From the NCBI GenBank assembly GCA_964016885.1, contig OZ024741.1, positions 399,466,001-399,530,000 of the forward strand: a DNA stretch of 64,000 bases, given 5' to 3'. A program made the position numbers and the translations under genes. The notes below the pieces were generated by a model that was given only the letters and a program-made list of their open reading frames with translations, was not told where the DNA came from and did not search any database. How positions within the stretch are numbered: position 1 is the stretch's first letter; every line of letters begins with the position of its first letter. Source of the stretch: Eledone cirrhosa. Taxonomy: Eukaryota. Below, one piece after another: positions 50,838-63,619 of this stretch.

Positions 50838-51260
50838 TTTTCAAACGACAATAACAATGGAAAAAATAAAAACAACGGAAAGATGGACAGTCCCTTCTCC
50901 ACAGTGAACCGCTGGAAAACACCACGGTTGCGGATCACTAAGGTCGATAACGTACATTCCAGTGCGCAAGGGTTTAGCCAAAGGGGAAACATAGAAACGA
51001 GAGAAATAATAAAACAGAAGATAAGGAATGTAATCCAACTGACAGGCAAAGAAGGACACTGAGGTGTAGCAAAGGTACGAAGGGAGAATAGGGGGACACA
51101 GGCAGGGCGCTGTGATGTCTATTATATGATAGTTAAAAAGAAAATCCCGCATGACTAAGTATTTAGAATATAAATTCAAAATAGGGAGCGCAAGGACAAA
51201 AAGATTGGAAAAAACAACGGATAGTCCACCTCTGGATATAGAATACTAACAAATAGTTGC
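50829..51260 (-). mobile_element. Possible poly(A)-tailed retroelement 3' fragment
   Basis: A T-run at 50829-50841 directly follows (TA)n and precedes unique sequence. No coding motif was recognised and the far boundary is uncertain. Confidence 0.3.
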
Positions 51261-51334
51261 CTGTTTATATTCCTCTTCGGTAACTGTTATGTTGTATCCT
51301 GGTAATACTGAAGAGGTTAACATGCTTTAATAAT

Positions 51335-51555
51335 AATGGTTTCTGATTTAGGCACAAGGCCAGCAATTTGGGGAAGAAAGGAATGTCGGTTAAATCAACC
51401 CCAGTGCATTACTGGTACTTTATTTTATCGACCTTGTAAGGATGAAAGATAAAGCTAACATCGGTAGGATTTAAACCAAGAACGTAAAGGGACGTAACTA
51501 TATGCTGCAAAGCATTTTGACCGACGCTCTACCTGTTCTGCCAATCCACCAACCT
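51335..51555 (-). mobile_element. tRNA-derived SINE (Nin/Deu-like domain)
   Basis: Reverse-complement match to 31714-31880 (CTGGTACTTTATTTTATCGAC...GGATGAAAG) plus the tRNA head. Confidence 0.75.
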
Positions 51556-51566
51556 AAGTAATAATA

Positions 51567-51756
51567 ATTATTTCTACTTTTGACACAAGGCCAACAATTA
51601 CCCCAGTACAATACTGGTACTTTATTTTATCGACCCCTTAAGGATGAAAGGCAAAGTTAACCTCGACGGGATCTGAACTCAGACCGTAAAGGTCCATAAC
51701 TCTATGCTGCAAAGTATGGTGTCCGACCCTCTACCGATACTGCTAATCCACTGCCC
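51567..51756 (-). mobile_element. tRNA-derived SINE (Nin/Deu-like domain), tandem with the previous copy
   Basis: Minus strand has A-box TAGCAGTATCGG, B-box GAGTTCAGATCC, the conserved central domain and a (TAA/TTA) tail. Confidence 0.8.
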
Positions 51757-51836
51757 TATTCACCTATGTAATAATAATGATAATAATAAGCTATAACAAC
51801 GACAAAATCACCAACATGGAATTGGCGGACACAAAT

Positions 51837-53013
51837 ATAATTGATCTTGGGATGTCTATCAGATATCTAGCGATACTAATTATTGATCTTGTGAAGACTA
51901 TCAGATATCTAGCGATGCTAATTATTGATCTTGTGAAGATTATCAGATATCTAGCGATACTAATTATTGATCTTGGGATGTCTATCAGATATCTAGCGAT
52001 GCTAATTATTGATCTTGTGAAGATTATCAGATATCTAGTGATGCTAATTATTGATCTTGGGATGTCTATCAGATATCTAGTGATGCTAATTATTGATCTT
52101 GTGAAGATTATCAGATATCTAGCGATGCTAATTATTGATCTTGTGAAGATTATCAGATATCTAGTGATGCTAATTATTGATCTTGGGATGTCTATCAGAT
52201 ATCTAGTGATGCTAATTATTGATCTTGTGAAGATTATCAGATATCTAGCGATGCTAATTATTGATCTTGTGAAGATTATCAGATATCTAGCGATACTAAT
52301 TATTGATCTTGGGATGTCTATCAGATATCTAGCGATACTAATTATTGATCTTGTGAAGATTATCAGATATCTAGCGATGCTAATTATTGATCTTGTGAAG
52401 ATTATCAGATATCTAGCGATGCTAATTATTGATCTTGTGAAGATTATCAGATATCTAGCTATGCTAATTATTGATCTTGTGAAGATTATCAGATATCTAG
52501 TGATGCTAATTATTGATCTTGTGAAGATTATCAGATATCTAGTGATGCTAATTATTGATCTTGTGAAGATTATAAGATATCTAGCGATGCTAATTATTGA
52601 TCTTGTGAAGATTATCAGATATCTAGCGATGCTAATTATTGATCTTGTGAAGATTATCAGATATCTAGTGATGCTAATTATTGATCTTGGGATGTCTATC
52701 AGATATCTAGTGATGCTAATTATTGATCTTGTGAAGATTATCAGATATCTAGTGATACTAATTATTGATCTTGTGAAGATTATCAGATATCTAGTGATGC
52801 TAATTATTGATCTTGTGAAGATTATCAGATATCTAGCGATGCTAATTATTGATCTTGTGAAGATTATCAGATATCTAGCGATGCTAATTATTGATCTTGT
52901 GAAGATTATCAGATATCTAGCGATACTAATTATTGATCCTGTGAAGATTATCAGATACCTAGCGATACTAATTATTGATCTTGTGAAGATTATCAGATAC
53001 CTAGCGATACTAA
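51837..53013. repeat. 42-bp minisatellite, ~28 copies
   Basis: Unit TAATTATTGATCTTGTGAAGATTATCAGATATCTAGCGATGC with a recurring variant CTTGGGATGTCTATC. Confidence 0.97.
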
Positions 53014-53049
53014 TGGGGTGTAGAAGAAAGCTTCACTTCTCACCAACAA

Positions 53050-53447
53050 AAGTTGAGAAGCAAAATATTTGAAGATAACGAGCACAGTGAATCCTGACTG
53101 AACGCTTACTCTTTGTACTGGTCACCGTCGGGACCTCTGATGTCCTTGGTCCCCACATTACCACAGAGGAGAGGAAGGTAACCAAAACCAAATACCGGAG
53201 CCTGACCGACCGGCTACCCTTTGTGCTGGTCTCTGTCGGGACCTCTGGCGCCTTTGTTCCCCGCACTGATAATTTCGTCAGTAAAATAGGAAAGACGGTA
53301 GCCCGCATGAGAAGTAAGCCCCATGAGATGGGGTGGCTGTTGCAGCGGGTGACTCTGGCCATTCTCCACGGTAAAGCCTTTACTATTTTGTCGGTGGAGC
53401 ACAAGTCAAATACCACTCAGACCGTCTCCCTTTCTTTCATTGCTTAA
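53050..53447 (+). pseudogene. CRE-clade non-LTR retrotransposon C-terminal restriction-like endonuclease fragment
   Basis: From 53166 the frame reads EERKVTKTKYRSLTDRLPFVLVSVGTSGAF...IGKTVA...WLLQRVTLAILHGKAFTIL, matching the K..KY..L...F.P...ET.G...LxQR.S.A..RGNA pattern. 53092-53160 is an older partial duplicate. Confidence 0.7.
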
Positions 53448-54006
53448 TTCTTTTTTCTTTTTTTTTTCATTTTCTTTTTTTTCTTTTTTCTGTTCCCTTT
53501 AATAGAGAGCGTGTGTTTTTTTGTACAAATGTAAAACTAACCCTAATATTTCATTTGGCACTCTTGTATTGGTTACCCACAAACAGGAAATAAAGCTACC
53601 AGTGAGATACTATCATCAGAGGAAAGTACACATCAAAAAGTCCTTAACAGGAAATTCAATTCAAATCAACCGACTATCTAGAGGGCAGTCAATAAACAAT
53701 GACACAAGGTTCTTCTTAAAATGACATGATTTATTCTAAAGTAAAATCTGGAGTAAGGAAAGGGGAACTAATTTCGAGAGAGTGTCACTAGATACATGAC
53801 TCTCCTACCAAATACCAATTGATTCTAGAGATTTTGATAGAAACACTAAACACTTCAAGATTGAATAGAACCAGGAAGAGGCTTAACTGCTAATATAAAA
53901 AGAACGATACTTTATTAACATCTATTCTGCATGTTCTTGGTGGGAATGATTTAGGTATCAAAGGAGAAAACCATATACTTGGAGAAATATTACCGGCTAA
54001 TTGTAT

Positions 54007-54108
<102 letters not shown>

Positions 54109-54185
54109 ACGAAGGAAGTGTGGTAAGGAACCAGGTGGACCATAACGTACCAGAGTACTCGATACTATGAGTAGTAGAGTGGGTA

Positions 54186-54299
54186 ATAGGAAAAGAGTCA
54201 GGACCCCGGCGGCTGAGCTCCGGCAGTTTCGACAGCTATTCAGAAATAGCTGTCGAAACGGCCGGAGCTCAGCCGTCGGAGTTCTGACTCTTTTCCTAT
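54186..54299. mobile_element. 114-bp GC-rich palindrome within (TA)n-flanked segment
   Basis: ATAGGAAAAGAGTCAG...GACAGCTATT / AATAGCTGTC...CTGACTCTTTTCCTAT, with (TA)n at 54030-54108 and 54299 onward. Confidence 0.65.
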
Positions 54300-54527
54300 A
54301 TATATATATGTGTGTGTGTGTGCGTGTGTGTGGGGGGGGGGGTGTATACATACCAGAATCTAATGTATTACATGTGCACAAAATGTTTGAAACCACCCCA
54401 CAAAATGTTTGAAACTATCCCCTCCCTCCGCCACCCCATAAAATCCTTGCGATCATACAAAAGTCCTTATAGCCAAAACAAGCAGCTGAGAAGAAATGAG
54501 CTTGGAGATGTTCTGAACAGATTTACA

Positions 54528-54655
54528 CGAAGAAGAGTAAATTTTGGCAGTGTCTGGTTGGATTACAAAACGGAATTCGATGCTGGTTATTACACATAGA
54601 TGTTAGAGGACCTTCCACCTACTAAAGTTCCCAAGAACATATTCCAAGACATGTA
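54528..54655 (+). pseudogene. Highly decayed reverse-transcriptase fragment (R4/R2-group-like)
   Basis: RRRVNFGSVWLDYKTEFDAGYYT*MLEDL...KVP resembles the NL...W.DY.KAFD...H.W...L motif of RLE-type non-LTR RTs. Confidence 0.5.
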
Positions 54656-55248
54656 CAGCGTGTCATCATATTGGGCTACCATTTTGAAGTTATATACAAT
54701 AAGTGGTTATATTGTTTCTGATAGTGTAAATAAATTATCGTAAGACCAGTTTTTATGCAGTCAGTACTTCTGTTTACACAGGCAGAGTATGTTTTATAAT
54801 TTGGAAATATGAAGCATATGGTATGATCACGTAACTCTTGAGGGAATTGTAGGGGTCCCATAGTAGTATACGGTGTTTCGGGGACATTTTAAGCCTGGCA
54901 GAACCTATCTTCTCTCCATCACAATTTTTGCTGGACCGGCAACCGCTCTGTATAATCAGTTCCTAATTATTACTGGAATTCTATAAGAATCCAACATTCA
55001 TAATTTTCGGCAAACAGGAGGAGTGGTGAGCTTTGATAAGTACCAACAAGTACGAAACAGAGCTCTGTCAGCTTATCTCCCCTGTTTGCTGAAAATTGAA
55101 GTAAGTGACATTGTCACTACTTTAAAACAATAGCGTAAGGTCTTCAAAAAGCTTTTAATTAAGCATACAGTGTATTGCAAAATACACTATATATATATTC
55201 ATATATATATCGGTATTTCAGAGCACCAATTCATACATACATATATAT

Positions 55249-55283
<35 letters not shown>

Positions 55284-55339
55284 GATATAGATATAGATAG
55301 GTAAATATACACGGGTGTGTATGATTGTGTATAGAAGAT

Positions 55340-56702
55340 TATATTAATAAGAGGAATTCCAACTTTGTCTGATTTACTCGTTTTATTTACAATCCTTTAA
55401 AATATATAATGGTATTATAATGAAATAGTATGATAGAATATTAAATTCTAAGTGTTAATTGAACAACAATTGTTTCATTATAAGTTTTCTACAAGTTTGG
55501 GAGAATGTTTCCAGTTTATGTAGAAGCCTAATATATATTCATGTAAGAATATAATTAAAGTTAAAGTATATCTCTCTTTCCATGGAAAGAGAGATATACT
55601 TTAACTTTAATTATATCTCATAAAATAATACAACTGGTTTTTCCACATTATACATATTGTTAGCACCCCAAACACTTAAATTGGGTTTATATTTTAATAT
55701 AACCTAATGTTTGTTGAGTGAGATGGTTACCAGTCAGAGTTTAGCTTTAAACTATCTCTGTTATTGTATTAAATATTTACTCTTGAATGGCCAGAGGTGT
55801 TTATTTCCAGGTACCTTATGAATTTGACTTTCCGTATTTATTACTGTTGTGAAATATTGTGGCTTTTTTGGGTTGTAACTTCTCTGTTTTTTAGCCTAGG
55901 AAAATATATATATATGCCTACGTATATAATTACATGCATATATGTATTTATTTTCTTTTATTAATTGAGTTCTTTACACGAGGAATTAATATTGGTTTTG
56001 AAATAACTAATTAACCCGCGTGTGTTTTATATTTTACTCTTAATAATTCGGCCGGAGAATTATATTCCCATTTGCCCTTTATAGCATAACTTTCTGCATT
56101 TACTGCGGTTATGAGAAGCGGTTCTTATTCGGGTACAACTTCTGATTTAGCCTAAGAAAATATCTATATGCATGTGTAATTTATACAAGCATATATTTAT
56201 TTTTTTATTTTCAATTGAGTTCTTAAATACGTTGGATTGATAATGTTTTCAAAAAAACTAATTAACCCGCGTGTATATTATTTTTTTTTTCCTCATTTCG
56301 TGGGTTGTCTCCCCTTCCCGCTTCGTGTCGCTATGATACTTCCTCAGTCAAAAACTGCTGGAATTTCAAATTTAGCGGTCACTCGAGGTGAGAGAGACCA
56401 ACTTTACGGACATGATTTTTGACAGCGGTAAGAAATTGTTTTCTTATATCAATGTTTAATGGGCTTCCACTGATGATTTATAAGTGCCCACCTAAATATA
56501 TTCTTACATGAATATATATTAGGCTTCTACATAAACTGGAAACATTCTCCCAAACTTGTAGAAAACTTATAATGAAACAATTGTTGTTCAATTAACACTT
56601 AGAATTTAATATTCTATCATACTATTTCATTATAATACCATTATATATTTTAAAGGATTGTAAATAAAACGAGTAAATCAGACAAAGTTGGAATTCCTCT
56701 TA

Positions 56703-56710
<8 letters not shown>
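55340..56710. mobile_element. 1.37-kb element with ~210-bp inverted arms, internal 68-bp perfect palindrome and hammerhead-like motif
   Basis: 55340-55553 is the reverse complement of 56497-56710. Palindrome at 55549-55616, CTGATGA at 56470 and GAAAC at 56539. Ends in AATAAA...(TA)n. Confidence 0.7.
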
Positions 56711-56771
<61 letters not shown>

Positions 56772-57265
56772 TTGAATGAAAATTACCTACCCAATTCAAT
56801 CACGTGCTCTGCATTACATCTCACATAACGTACCTATGTTATCACCACATGACTTCCTACCATATAGCACGCCATTTTAAAACATTTAACCATTTCTAAC
56901 ACTTATAACATGCTTTTACATTCTACACGAAATATGCTTATGTCAGCTGTAATATAACTATTTCCTCATACATGCCTTATTGATTGTATTGACTCTTGCA
57001 TTATATATGCTTAACATTACCCTATCTCCAATGATATGATATCTTATGTCTATCCGATCTTACATTATTTCTTGCTTGGAACTTATTTTGCCTGTACTTT
57101 TTGCACTTTTCACCATTGCTCCTTGCTTGTAATTGTGTTCTCTGAAGCATAACATTCTTTTAACTACCGATTCTCTACATGATGTCTAGGACACTGACAG
57201 CAGTTATGTATCTACATGTTCTGAAGACTAGGATTGTAATAACCTGTTTAGACATTCCCTATGTT

Positions 57266-57304
57266 CCGATGAATCCAGACATCCCTCTGGAAGAAACAAT
57301 TGTC
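57266..57304 (+). ncRNA. Hammerhead ribozyme-like motif (CCGAUGA core variant)
   Basis: CCGATGA, stem II TCCAGA/TCTGGA, GAAAC, palindromic ACAATTGT, GUC cleavage triplet, then AATAAA. Stem I is weak. Part of palindrome 57270-57451. Confidence 0.55.
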
Positions 57305-58158
57305 TGCAAATAAATGTATTAAACTAAGATTTGATTGTTTCAACACTTTGTGTATATATATATATATACACAGAGTGTTGAAACAATCAAATCTTAGTTT
57401 AATACATTTATTTGCAGACAATTGTTTCTTCCAGAGGGATGTCTGGATTCACATCTCTCCTCTTCCGACCACCGCTTCTTGGATTACCCACACGCGAATT
57501 TGACTTCTAACCAAAATCTCCAAACATCGGTGTAACTTACCAACTTTTCAACCATCCTCTTACACCATCACCTATATAACTCACCCACACACACACCCCA
57601 ACAAAAAAAATTTTTTATCCACACGCCACCCACACCCACAACACGCTTAAACCATACACACGTGCTTCCCACCACATATTTACACCCTCAGCCTCCTCAT
57701 TCCTCTCCCCCCACCCCCCTATCCACAGACGCACAGACACTCCGACCCACAAAAACACCCCCCACACACACCTTTCTGAACATGCAACCCCGTTCTTCCC
57801 CCAACCCTCACTTTCACATACACACACACACACACACACGCACACCTAACCACACACACCACCTTCAGCCCTCCCCGCTCGGACACCCCGTCTCCCTCTC
57901 CCCACCCCACCCGCCACCACCCCTACTCACCCCACACCCTTCCACCACCTGTTTACCCCCCTTTTAATTTCAGTTTATTTTGATCATGCCTTTATTTTTA
58001 AATTTTCTCTTTCCTTGTATTTTGATCATGCTTTATTTTTATTTATTATATATTTTTTGTCTTTATTTGTTAATTTTTCATTCGCACCGTTTCCTTTCGC
58101 TATATGTCTCTCCACCACTCCCCTACACACCTTTTGAACTCTGTTCCCACACACTTCT

Positions 58159-58191
58159 CACCTGAAGAAGGGCTTATGCCCGAAACGTCGT
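58159..58191 (+). ncRNA. Minimal type I hammerhead ribozyme (Penelope-like element type)
   Basis: CTGAAGA (58162), stem II GGGC-TTAT-GCCC, GAAACGTC with palindromic ACGT stem III. AATAAA at ~58227 and (TA)n at 58279. Stem I is only ~2 bp. Confidence 0.75.
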
Positions 58192-58276
58192 CCCCCACCT
58201 ACCCCAACTCTCCTGAGCGTGAATTTAATAAACATTTATCGTACTGCCTCTCTGTTCTGTCCCTGTTCAATTTTTC

Positions 58277-58327
<51 letters not shown>

Positions 58328-58717
58328 GACGTAAAATAAGAAAATTTTTAAAAATTAAAAATTAACTTACTTACTAAAATTTTCTTATTTTACGTCTTTC
58401 ATATAATTGTTCTGCATCCCCCTGCATAGAACCACCTAGGTACTATGACATAACTTATGTATTTGCTAGCATTAGTGTACATCTGTACGCATATGTTGAT
58501 AAATATACTAATTCGCTCTCTCTCTCTCTATATATATAATGTACATGTTTATTATACATATATGATATAATATTATAATATTATTATATTATATTATATA
58601 TATTGGCAGATATATAGCTAAATATGACATGCCTAGCAATTCTGTAAAGGATTTAAAGCTACGTAGGAATGGTAAATGAGGGTAAGAACTATCAACGTTC
58701 CGGAATTGTATCTTAGC

Positions 58718-58815
58718 AAGAAGAAGAAGAAGAAGAAGAAGAAGAAGAAGAAGAAGAAGAAGAAGAAGAAGAAGAAGAAGAAGAAGAAGAAGAAGAAGAA
58801 GAAGAAGAAGAAGAA
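58718..58815. repeat. (GAA)n microsatellite, ~32 units
   Basis: Pure AAG run. Confidence 0.98.
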
Positions 58816-59460
58816 TATATGTCCTGTGTATTGAGAAAATATCTTACGTTTAAATAATCGAACTCCTTCTTAACCAAAGTAATTGTTAAGGCTTATAAAG
58901 AAACCTGTCAAATAGAATCAATATCAATATTAGGATTATATCCCCAGCTGTTTGTCTCTTCCTAAAACTAATAATATCTTAATTGATAATAAATTGCTCC
59001 GTATTAGACTATAGTTATACGTTGCAGCGGACTAGTTACACATTGGGGGTTGTAACTATTGGGTTAATTTACCCGGTTGTTTCCGTCCGATATACAAAAT
59101 GCCGCCACTATATCGCTTCCGATATACAAAATCCTCCCTTGGAAAAGAAATATGTGTTTAATAAAAGACAATTCAGATGATAATGATATTAAAAAGGAAT
59201 CTGTCTGATTCGAATGTTCTCTGTGAAAGAGAAAGCCATTGTATTAATATCAGTAGAAGTAGAAGGTAAATAAAAGACGATCCTATCAAGAACGAACACC
59301 AATGTTTGGATGAAGAAAGGCTTATGAAGTATCACAACTCTGAAGTGAAAGAGGAGGAGGAAGACAAGAATATGGAAGAGGCGAACCCACGCACTATTTG
59401 CAGTTAGCAAATTTTCAAAGGCTTAGGGTAACCCGATGCTATTGTAAATGACAGCCAAGT

Positions 59461-59710
59461 TGTGTGTGACAGCTCACACCTATGCAGGTTTAACTGGCCC
59501 TCTCCAAGGTATATCTCGTTGGAGGTGTCTTGGGTGATTTAATGATAGGGACCCCAGTCCTATCAACTCATTTCTACAGCTGAGTAAACTGGAGCAACGT
59601 GAAATAAAGTGTCTTGCTAAAAAAAACAACACATCACCCGGTCCGAGAATTGAACCCAAAACCTTTCAATTGCAAGCCCAATGTTCTAACCACTAAGCCA
59701 TGCACCTTCA
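59461..59710 (-). mobile_element. Full-length tRNA-derived SINE, same family as 247-513
   Basis: Minus strand reads A-box TGGCTTAGTGG, B-box GGGTTCAATTCT, the CORE-like centre, the structured tail and a (CA)n end. Confidence 0.88.
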
Positions 59711-60581
59711 GCAAGTTGGCTGCAACACCAAGTTGCCTGAAATGGTATAGAATCATTAACTACGTAGGTCTAAAGAGAATTGCTGGACCTCACAGCTGTG
59801 CCTTACTCTAATGATTTGGTCATAATGGCTCCCAATATTTTGTCAGCCATTAAATAGTTTGGAAAATATTTTTATTGGCATCGGCAAAAACAACAACAAA
59901 TATATAAATTGAAACAATTTTGTGGAATGTCGCTCTGTTGACCACTGGCCGCTGGCTTTTGCCCCCTGATGTATATTTGCCCATCACTGTCTTTGACAAC
60001 ATTTAGCTGTTTTAACGGCTGTCCTAGCGATGAGCTTTCTCATTTTTATATGTATTTATATATAAATTAATTTTCTTTTAGTTATTAGTTCAACGTGAGA
60101 GCAACAAAATCTTCATAAAGATATAGCCTCTCTCATCTGAAAGTTAATTACAAAATATTGAAAATCTTATCTTAAACACAATCTCATATATGTACATAGC
60201 TTGGTCTTTTTAGAACATCGGTGGATCCATAAAAGATTTGTCAAACATCTACACACAAATCAAAGGTGAAAACCATTCGAATGCGAAAGTAAGAACTTGG
60301 AAAAGGTCAGAACATTTCACCAGCAAATTCTCACACATCAGACGGACAATTATTATATAGACATAACATAACACAGCAACATAGAAATACCATGTAGATG
60401 CAACATAACACAAAAACGGAAGAGACGCCATTATCTTTCATTTAAAGTGCTCAGTCCCAACAACATTCTTGCTGCACATAAAACAGCATTGACAACAACA
60501 CAAAAACCAACATACCACAACCCAGAATGGTTAATATTACACACTGATATTGTTAATGTACAACTCATAAATGTAAAACAA

Positions 60582-61000
60582 AAATGACTGATAAGTTTCA
60601 GAAAGCCAGTACAATACGATAGAAATATCTAAAGGAGAAAAGGATGACAAAACAAAACAAAGTAATCATTTTACTCTGTATATTTCAACATTTCGGGGCT
60701 ACTACAATGTTTTCAAATGTGAAACGAAGACGGTTCAAAGCAAAACAAACGACCAATATGTTCTTCGCTAACTGGTTTAAGTATCAAAATAAGCATGCGT
60801 TAAACCAGCTAGGGAAGAACATACCAAGCGTTTTTTTTTTTTTTTTTTTTTTTCAACCATTTTCGTTTCACATTAAGGTTAGCCCCGAAATATCATGTTG
60901 AAATATACTGGGTAAAACATTACTTGTTTTGTTTTATGTGTCATCCTTTACCCTTTATATATTTCTACCACATTGTACTGGCTTTCTGAATCTTAGTCAT
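60582..61000. mobile_element. MITE-like element with ~85-bp imperfect terminal inverted repeats
   Basis: AAATGACT...CAGAAAGCCAGTACAAT...AGGATGACA...AGTAAT is inverted as ATTACT...TGTCATCCT...ATTGTACTGGCTTTCTG...AGTCATTT. Confidence 0.6.
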
Positions 61001-61581
61001 TTATTACATATCTCACAAACAGATTAAAGTTTAAGCAAAGAATCGCTGCTTTCACCCAAATAAATATTTTCTCTACGGTTCTTATATATTTGATATATAT
61101 TTATCCTTATCGAGGCCTCTTTGGATTTTAGTCTTCAAATTTATTATTATTACTATATATATGTATATAGCAGTGAAGTATATCTCTAATGACTTGATTT
61201 TTTATTTCATTGTTTTAACTTATATCATGAGTTTGTTTTCCTTTTAATGTTTTATTGTTTTCCGGGATTTATCTTAACCTACAACATTTTCAACATATGC
61301 ATTACATTGAGTTCTTCATACAGAATAGACGCCACAACTTACCGTGGATATCTGTGTGTATATATATATATATATATATAGTATAATTGAATATAAAAGA
61401 GAGATAACCACAGATATATGTGTTCAAATCGTAAGGGACCAGAATCGTATATATATATATTCAAATGTATTATTATTACTATATATATATATATAGTAAT
61501 AATAATAAATTTGAAGACTAAAATCCAAAGAGGGCTCGATAAGGATAAATATATATCAAATATAGAAGAACTGTAGAGCAA

Positions 61582-61710
61582 ATATTTATTAAAATAGCAG
61601 ATTAAAGTTTAAGCAAAGAATCGCTGCTTTCACCCTTAACGGGATCTTCTGAAGATCCCGTTAAGGGTGAAAGCAGCGATTCTTTGCTTAAACTTTAATC
61701 TGTTATTTTA

Positions 61711-61718
<8 letters not shown>
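61582..61718. mobile_element. 137-bp palindrome centred on a hammerhead core
   Basis: Centre at 61650 lies inside CTGAAGA, followed by CCC-GTTAA-GGG stem, GAAA, AATAAA and (TA)n. Further partial copies occur at 61021-61170 and 61480-61590. Confidence 0.7.
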
Positions 61719-61803
<85 letters not shown>

Positions 61804-62405
61804 TATATATATATATTATATTTTTTTTTTTAACCTTATCATACCAACGTTTTGAAATTTAGTCATTTATTACATATCTTTCAATGTTTCGTATTAACTG
61901 TACTACTGTAAAAAAAAGGTTAGATTTATTAGATTACGACACTAACAGCTTAGACTATATGTATCTAATAAATCTTGATCGATTCACACGATATTAGTGT
62001 TGCAAATAACGAAGCTGCAACTAGTTTTAAGATGGTTAGAAGTTTTGAATCTAATACCAGTATGTATAACTTTTTAATTCCAATTTAAATTCCAGTTTAA
62101 ATCTAACCCTGCAAGCAGGAACATTCTGGACAATAGCGGAAGACACAAAATGCTCAGACAGCCAGATTACACCTCAGAGAAAAAGATATTTCATATCAGA
62201 TTTCACAGTGGGGTGATGAATTTCGGGTGGAGATAAGACATGTCTGGAATACCGAGTTTCAGGTGAAGTACCTAACACAGTAGGAGGTACTGGTTGTTCT
62301 CTCTAGCAAAGATTCCACCATTGTGGCTGCTAGCTGCAGCTGCGGTATACTACGCAAACTGAAGTGTACAACCTGTCGCTCTCTTCGTTCCTTGCCTTTC
62401 ATTAA

Positions 62406-62619
62406 CCCTTTAGCATTTAAACCGTCCAATCTGGCTAGAATTCGCTCAACATTTTCTGTTCAAACTGGCCATAACGAGATGCTCATACTGATTTTAGAGT
62501 ATTTTTCTCAAAATAGATTTCATCTCATAGATTCGATATTATGTGAGATAATTATGTGAGGTAAAGCCTTTACCACAAAAATATAATAGTAAATATAGAG
62601 TAATGTAAATGCTAAAGGA
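62406..62619. mobile_element. piggyBac-type MITE
   Basis: TTAA target duplication on both sides (62402-62405, 62620-62623) and TIRs CCCTTTAGCATTTA / TAAATGCTAAAGGA. Confidence 0.85.
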
Positions 62620-62839
62620 TTAAAGAGACAATTATTGCACATATATAATTTAAATGAAATTTACTGAATAAAGATTTTCCATTTCTTCTTCTGAAACTTT
62701 TGGAGTGGTAGGGGCATTTTTAACTTGATAGAGGTCATCCCTTCTCTGGGCGTGAACACAGCCAATTTCTTAGAGAGAGAGTGTGTGTGTGTGTGATAGA
62801 GAGGAAATGAGAAAGAGATATAGAACAAGACTCCACCCC

Positions 62840-62989
62840 AGTACCAGGTAGGGAACTTTTTATCGACATCGAAACGATAAAAGGCAAAGCTGACCTTGGC
62901 GGCATTTGAACTCAAAGAATACAGAGAGCCGACGCGAATTCGGTATAATATGATAGTCGAAGTTCTAACGACTCTGCCAATCTGCCACC
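62840..62989 (-). mobile_element. Diverged tRNA-derived SINE (Nin/Deu-like domain)
   Basis: TTTTATCGAC...AAGGCAAAGCTGACCTTGGCGGCATTTGAACTC...CTCTGCCA matches the other copies on the minus strand. Confidence 0.7.
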
Positions 62990-63452
62990 GGATCGATTGT
63001 CCATCTAACTACCTACGTTTTAAATATACGCCTGTCTGTTCTACCAGAATAGACTAGGGCTAGCTACAGGTCAACTCTGAACTGTCGTGGCTCATGCGAA
63101 AGATACAAAGAGTTATTTTTAATTGTGTTATTTGTCTCTAGAAATAAATGATATCAGATAGAGAAGATAACATGTTGTGGGGACTTCTGAAACAATAAAT
63201 GATTTACTCATTGACAATTATATCAACACGCTTGTCCAATAGTATTTGCATTCCATTGGTTCTATAGATTCTAGTGATATATCCAGCTGTGCATTCCATT
63301 CAATCTCGGTGTTACAGTGTATGCTTTATTATATTTTTCATTTCGTTATTTTTTTTTCAGATCAGTTTCCAGGTATGATATATATATATCCTGGTTGAGT
63401 AGTGTTTTCCTTTTCCTTTCACACACACACACACACACATACACACACACAC

Positions 63453-63502
<50 letters not shown>

Positions 63503-63581
63503 AATGTAATGTCCAGTTACTGTAGCTTCACCTGAGTGAACACTCAATGCGTAGTTTCGAGTAGGTATAGAGGTGTAGTAC

Positions 63582-63618
<37 letters not shown>

Positions 63619-63619
63619 G

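Noticed and set aside
53033-53416. Minus-strand CNSHPISWG as an APE endonuclease motif
   Set aside because: The opposite strand gives a much longer match to a CRE-type endonuclease, so this is an antisense shadow.
59190-59430. Acidic + strand reading (EERLMKYHNSEVKEEEED) as a pogo/Tigger transposase C-terminus
   Set aside because: Similarity is compositional only, with stops and no DDE motif or TIRs seen.
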